20,308 nt of DNA from a virus (Duplodnaviria > Heunggongvirae > Uroviricota > Caudoviricetes). The notes below the pieces were generated by a model. The model worked only from the letters and a program-made list of their open reading frames with translations, ran no database searches and was not told the DNA's origin. How positions within the stretch are numbered: position 1 is the first letter of the stretch; every line of letters starts with the position of its first letter. The position numbers and the translations under genes were made by a program. This document shows, one piece after another, positions 15,852 to 20,308 of this stretch. The stretch is from positions 92,950 to 113,257 of the IMG/VR virus record IMGVR_UViG_3300029582_000367. One strand, 5' to 3'.

Positions 15852-15928
15852 TTGACAAAATATCATACTGTGGTAGTATAGAATTATAAGGAAGGACAGT
15901 CTAACACAGACTGTCCTTCCGCTTTTTT
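15852..15928 (+). promoter_or_regulatory. third copy of the conserved promoter, directly followed by a terminator hairpin
   Basis: TTGACAAAATATCA...TGTGGTAGTATAGAATTATAA, then GGAAGGACAGTC-N7-GACTGTCCTTCC-GC-T6. Confidence 0.75.
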
Positions 15929-15953
15929 ATGCTCAGAAAGGGGATGACAATTT

Positions 15954-16748
15954 TTGGAAAGCACAAGCAAAAAACAAGTAAAATGGGGGATTTTCAAGAC
16001 TGCACTCTTTACGTTCCTGTTCGTCGCAGTATCCGTTTTCTATTTTCACTCCAGTAACGTGACACTCGCACAGGCCGAAGAACGCTCGAACCACGAATCA
16101 CCTCCTGCAGCAGCGGTTGCCGCCCAGATGGACGACACCAAGCTGTCGGAAGAAGCGCAGCAAGATGTTTTGGTGCTGAAAGAAGGAATCCTCGACCCGC
16201 TTTCCGACATCACGGAAGCAGAGAACTCCGAAGATGACCCCAACGCCGTTGAAGAAGTACAGGAGGTTGTTCCTGCTGTCTGTTCCTACTGCGGCTCTGA
16301 GAACCACAGTTCTTCAATCTGTGCAAAGAAGTCTATTGCCAATGGCGCCTATGGGCGCTGGGTGATTCCGTCTGTTGGCTGTAATGTAGCGACCTACTCG
16401 TGTAACTGGGATGCAGACCAATCCTATGTTCAGGAAATTACTGACAGTTCCGACAGTGCAGCTTTTTTGACTTGCGGCGGCGTTGGTGTTCTTGCAGACC
16501 ACAATAACCAAGGTTTCTGGGGACTTTCCAATGTTTCTGTTGGCACGAAAGCCTACATGGACTTTGGTGATGGCGCAACTTACTACGAGTGCTATCAGGT
16601 TGAATACGGACACAATACCGGCGAAAAGATGCTCGATGGAAATGGAAACATAATGAGCTACAGCAACTATTCTTCCGGCACTGTGATTTGTTACACCTGC
16701 CTTGACCACTGGACCAACATTTACATCACTTACTGGACGCCGGTATAA
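15954..16748 (+). CDS. membrane-anchored zinc-knuckle + sortase-fold protein, paralog 1
   Basis: N-terminal hydrophobic helix, acidic linker, CSYCGSENHSSSIC, GRWVIPSVG, ADHN, VICYTC. Confidence 0.75.
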   Translation: MESTSKKQVKWGIFKTALFTFLFVAVSVFYFHSSNVTLAQAEERSNHESPPAAAVAAQMDDTKLSEEAQQDVLVLKEGILDPLSDITEAENSEDDPNAVEEVQEVVPAVCSYCGSENHSSSICAKKSIANGAYGRWVIPSVGCNVATYSCNWDADQSYVQEITDSSDSAAFLTCGGVGVLADHNNQGFWGLSNVSVGTKAYMDFGDGATYYECYQVEYGHNTGEKMLDGNGNIMSYSNYSSGTVICYTCLDHWTNIYITYWTPV

Positions 16749-16792
16749 GCGCCAGACACCCACTCTCTACTCCTCTTAGAAAGGACAAAACC

Positions 16793-17593
16793 ATGAAAAC
16801 GAAATTCAAAATCCCTCAGTGGGCACTCTTCACCGTTATCATTCTGGCCTTTATCGGTGGTCTCTTTGCCATCTCCATGCTGCCTGCTTTCGCATCACGT
16901 GAAAGCTCTCCGCCTTTGGCAGTAGCAGAAGCCGCGCAGAACGAGGAAAAGGACGCAAATTCTGATGCTCAGACTCCCGAAGCAGACAAGACGACAGATG
17001 AACAGGGAAGTGCTGAAGCCCCCGTAGAGGCCGAGTCTCAGGCAGACGACGCCGTCGTTGTCGAAGAAACTCCCGCCGAAGAGCCTGTTCAGGAAACCCC
17101 GACTACCTGTTCCTACTGCGGCAGTGCAGAACACACCAGAGACTACTGCGCCGTTCGTGCCGTTGACAATGGTGCCGTTGGCCGGCTCCGGATTCCCTCT
17201 GTCGGTGTTGACGTGGCTGTCTACGACGTTACTTGGTACTCTCTGCAGCATACCACCGAGAGTGACAACTACACGCAGGCCGTTACAGATGCATGGGACA
17301 GCGCAGCACAAATCGTCTATCTCGGCCAGACCGTTATTGGCGACCATAATAATCAGGGCTTCTCCGCCATCAACAACTGCTCCGAAGGCACCTACGCTTA
17401 CATCGACATGGGCGACTCTGTCCTGACCTATGTTTGCACCGGCATCCAGCATGGTCGTAACCCCGGTGGCTATCTCACCGGTGCCGATGGCGATAGCATC
17501 TATACCTCTTACTTCAATCCCAACGGTCTGACGCTGTATACCTGTCTCGACCACAACTTCAATGTTGCCCTCGTGACATTCCAGCCTGCTTAA
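16793..17593 (+). CDS. membrane-anchored zinc-knuckle + sortase-fold protein, paralog 2
   Basis: Transmembrane helix, CSYCGSAEHTRDYC, GRLRIPSVGVD, GDHN, LTLYTC. Confidence 0.8.
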   Translation: MKTKFKIPQWALFTVIILAFIGGLFAISMLPAFASRESSPPLAVAEAAQNEEKDANSDAQTPEADKTTDEQGSAEAPVEAESQADDAVVVEETPAEEPVQETPTTCSYCGSAEHTRDYCAVRAVDNGAVGRLRIPSVGVDVAVYDVTWYSLQHTTESDNYTQAVTDAWDSAAQIVYLGQTVIGDHNNQGFSAINNCSEGTYAYIDMGDSVLTYVCTGIQHGRNPGGYLTGADGDSIYTSYFNPNGLTLYTCLDHNFNVALVTFQPA

Positions 17594-17609
17594 AGGAGGT
17601 GCAGCTTTA

Positions 17610-18383
17610 ATGAAAACAAAGAAAATTTCCCGCCGCGCTGTTACGCTGGCTGCCTTTTTGCTGGTAAGCGCATCATCTTTACATATGGCTTGTGCAGAGG
17701 CTTCGGTGCCGTTCGATTACTTTACTGATGACCTCTCTGTGTCCGCTGACGCCGTTGCGAAGGAAGATAAATACCTGCCTCCTGAGTGGTTTACAAAAGG
17801 AACTGCCGTAAGTGGAGTGGACTCAGACACGCCCACGGAGGAGATTCCTACCCCTGCGGGCGAACCCTCTGTGGCGACCCCCGTGCCTGAGCCCGCACCG
17901 GAAACCGCAGCAGTCTGCAGCTATTGCGGCAGCGCAGGGCACTCGCAGAATAGGTGTTCCGTTTACGCTGTCGAACAGCGAGGTGCCGTTGGGCGTTGGT
18001 CTATCCCTTCTATTGGAATAGATGTCGCTTGCTTCACCTATGTGCTTGGAAGCGATTCTTTCGAGTACGGACAGGCAATTTGTGACGCTGCCGATAGTGC
18101 TGGCTACAGTGCGTATGGGAGCCAGTATCTCATTGCAGACCACAACTATCAGGGCTTTTCTGCCATAGCCAACTGCGCGGTTGGTGCGGTGGGATATATG
18201 GATTACGGAAACAGTCGAACAGAATATGTTTGTACTGGGGTGGAGTATGGGCACAATGAAGGCACGGAACTGACTGATAATGACGGAAACGATGTTGCGT
18301 ACAACAACAGTGGAGGAATTACCCTTTACACCTGTTACAACGGTTGGCAAAACGTCGTTATCGTTTACTTTACTCCGACTTAA
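17610..18383 (+). CDS. secreted zinc-knuckle + sortase-fold protein, paralog 3
   Basis: Signal peptide, CSYCGSAGHSQNRC, GRWSIPSIGID, ADHN, ITLYTC. Confidence 0.8.
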   Translation: MKTKKISRRAVTLAAFLLVSASSLHMACAEASVPFDYFTDDLSVSADAVAKEDKYLPPEWFTKGTAVSGVDSDTPTEEIPTPAGEPSVATPVPEPAPETAAVCSYCGSAGHSQNRCSVYAVEQRGAVGRWSIPSIGIDVACFTYVLGSDSFEYGQAICDAADSAGYSAYGSQYLIADHNYQGFSAIANCAVGAVGYMDYGNSRTEYVCTGVEYGHNEGTELTDNDGNDVAYNNSGGITLYTCYNGWQNVVIVYFTPT

Positions 18384-18420
18384 CTGTCGGTATCCAAAAC
18401 GCCGAGAGGAGGCATATAAA

Positions 18421-18609
18421 ATGGCACGTCCCGTAAAGAATAAGGCCCCCAAACTGAAAGCAATTTACTATCGGAACGGGGTGCGCGAAGATGATGATGT
18501 TTCCTACGATGGAATGGAGATAACCAGTCCGACACTGGCAACGCTCATTATTGAAGTCAGGAGACGTCTTGAAAAGCAAAACACCACCCCTCAGGAAGTT
18601 GTTTCCTGA
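18421..18609 (+). CDS. small hypothetical protein, 62 aa
   Basis: GAGGAGG RBS before ATG 18421; hairpin over the stop codon. Confidence 0.65.
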   Translation: MARPVKNKAPKLKAIYYRNGVREDDDVSYDGMEITSPTLATLIIEVRRRLEKQNTTPQEVVS

Positions 18610-18621
18610 GGGGCCCTTTTT
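18587..18621 (+). terminator. intrinsic terminator
   Basis: CCCCTCAGGAA/TTCCTGAGGGG followed by CCC and a T-run. Confidence 0.6.
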
Positions 18622-18709
18622 CGGGATGGAGACTTGTCATTTTTTTATGTTTACTTTATAATAGATGCGAGCGTCTGTGCAGAGGACGTACCATAAAGAA
18701 AGGAGAAAT

Positions 18710-20308
18710 ATGACTACTGAAAGAAAGAAGAAAACAACAGAAGAAAAAGTAAAGAGAAATACAACAAAGAAAGCGAGTAACACAACACGAAACACACAAC
18801 CCAAGAAGAATAGCAAGAAGAAAACCAACAATTTACCATTAGCACTTCCTGATTTTCAGACTTTTCTTGAGAGTGATAAGCCTCTTGATGAGTTCTTAAA
18901 AATCACGGCCTGTTATGTCCGAGTCTCGACGGATGCACAGGCGGAACAAGGATATTCAATTCCCGACCAGACCGCAAAGCTACAGGCGTTTTGCACTGTG
19001 AAGGGATGGGAGAACGTGAAGTTCTACACCGACCCCGGCTTCAGTGGCAGCAACCTCAACAGACCGGCAATGCAGGAGTTAATAGCTGATGCTATGGCAG
19101 GGCGCCTGAAGGCAGTAATCGTATTTAAGCTGGACCGATTATCACGAAGTCAGAAGGATACACTCTACCTGATAGAAGATGTATTCCTTCCAAACGAAGT
19201 GGATTTCGTCAGTATCTCTGAATCCCTCGACACAAGTACCCCCTTTGGCCGAGCTATGATAGGTATTTTGAGCGTTTTCGCGCAGTTGGAGCGTGAGAAC
19301 ATCTACTTACGTACACGTATTGGCATGAAGGGACGTATAAGTTCCGGATTTTGGAGAGGTGGCGGCAATATTCCGTTCGGCTACGATTACGACAAAGACA
19401 AGAAAACGCTTGTCCCTAACGCCGACGCGCCTAAAGTGCAGCAGATATTCAACCTATATATCAAAGGGTATAGTTGCCAGAAGATTGCAGATATGTTAGG
19501 TCTCTGCAATGATATGATGGTACGGAATATTCTGAAACGACGTACTTACTGTGGGTATGTCAACTACAAGGAAGAAGAATATCCGGGCGTCCATGAGCCA
19601 TTGATTTCCGAGGAAACCTTCGATATTGCTGCGGCTGAGTATGACCGCAGGAGTCGTGCTGGTCTTAATGCGTGTGGCACAAACACGTATTATCTTTTGG
19701 CAGGACTTGTCTATTGCGGCGATTGCGAAGCGCGGATGCGTTATATGAAGTGGGGTAAATACTTCAAAATCATATGCTATTCTCATACCAGCAAAGCCTC
19801 GATGGTTAAGAACCCTGATTGTCCCAACATGGGCTTTCTTGCTTCTGACATAGAAGAGCTTGTTATCAATAAGCTCTTTGGAATTGGTTCCGGTGTTCCC
19901 CTCGAAGAATTTGAGGTAAAGTGGCATTCACCCAATACTCGTGAGATTATTGAGAAGCGCATCTCAGATGCGACTACAAAACTCAAGCGGCTGTACGGGC
20001 TTTATTCTGAGTCCGGTGACAGTGTCATCCACGAACGCATCTTTGCCGTCCGTAACCAAATTCGCACGTTACAGCAAGAACTCGACAACGAGGACAAGCA
20101 TAGCATTAGGGACAGCCATGTGAGCTATGTTCGAGACCGTATTAAAAACGTGGGTGACATCTGGCCGCATTTAACACCTATGGAACGGCAGACTCTCATT
20201 CGTGATTGTGTTGATAAGATTATTATTCATCACGATGGAAGCGTCAAGATTTTCTTTTCTTTCTCTACTTTCGATGAGGACAAGCAGTGTATCGAAGAAG
20301 AAAATTGA
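18710..20308 (+). CDS. large serine recombinase (integrase type)
   Basis: YVRVST (catalytic Ser), DPGFSGSNLNRP, KLDRLSRS, PFGY recombinase domain, CGDC zinc ribbon, coiled coil; AAAGGAG RBS before ATG 18710; Lys-rich N-terminal extension. Confidence 0.93.
   Translation: MTTERKKKTTEEKVKRNTTKKASNTTRNTQPKKNSKKKTNNLPLALPDFQTFLESDKPLDEFLKITACYVRVSTDAQAEQGYSIPDQTAKLQAFCTVKGWENVKFYTDPGFSGSNLNRPAMQELIADAMAGRLKAVIVFKLDRLSRSQKDTLYLIEDVFLPNEVDFVSISESLDTSTPFGRAMIGILSVFAQLERENIYLRTRIGMKGRISSGFWRGGGNIPFGYDYDKDKKTLVPNADAPKVQQIFNLYIKGYSCQKIADMLGLCNDMMVRNILKRRTYCGYVNYKEEEYPGVHEPLISEETFDIAAAEYDRRSRAGLNACGTNTYYLLAGLVYCGDCEARMRYMKWGKYFKIICYSHTSKASMVKNPDCPNMGFLASDIEELVINKLFGIGSGVPLEEFEVKWHSPNTREIIEKRISDATTKLKRLYGLYSESGDSVIHERIFAVRNQIRTLQQELDNEDKHSIRDSHVSYVRDRIKNVGDIWPHLTPMERQTLIRDCVDKIIIHHDGSVKIFFSFSTFDEDKQCIEEEN

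Overview
Accessory DNA from a phage, prophage or large mobile element, probably of a Bacillota (Clostridia-like) host, judged from AAAGGAG ribosome-binding sites and TTGACA promoters. No virion or cas1/cas2 genes are present. The left half (- strand) holds hypothetical genes, an orphan PemK/MazF-family toxin, two AT-rich proteins with degenerate XRE-HTH motifs, and recG; two operons there share a duplicated ~155-bp promoter/leader/terminator cassette. The middle (+ strand) is a ~1.8-kb non-coding region with tRNA-Thr(CGT), tRNA-Thr(TGT), tRNA-Gly(TCC), three aberrant tRNA-like RNAs and a candidate ~570-nt structured ncRNA. The main finding is a TnpB homolog that appears nuclease-dead (RuvC-I Asp to Ser, zinc finger lost). 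It is followed by a detached omegaRNA-like scaffold fused to a CRISPR array of 36-nt hairpin repeats and ~30-nt spacers. A second scaffold plus mini-array lies 1.2 kb downstream, and a third scaffold copy sits in the tnpB 5' leader. Two spacers have 5'-anchored seed matches in the recG locus. The right part encodes a phi29 p6-like protein, a J-domain protein, a DUF1064-like nuclease, three tandem zinc-knuckle/sortase-fold paralogs and a large serine recombinase. All family calls are by-eye motif recognition; no database search was run.
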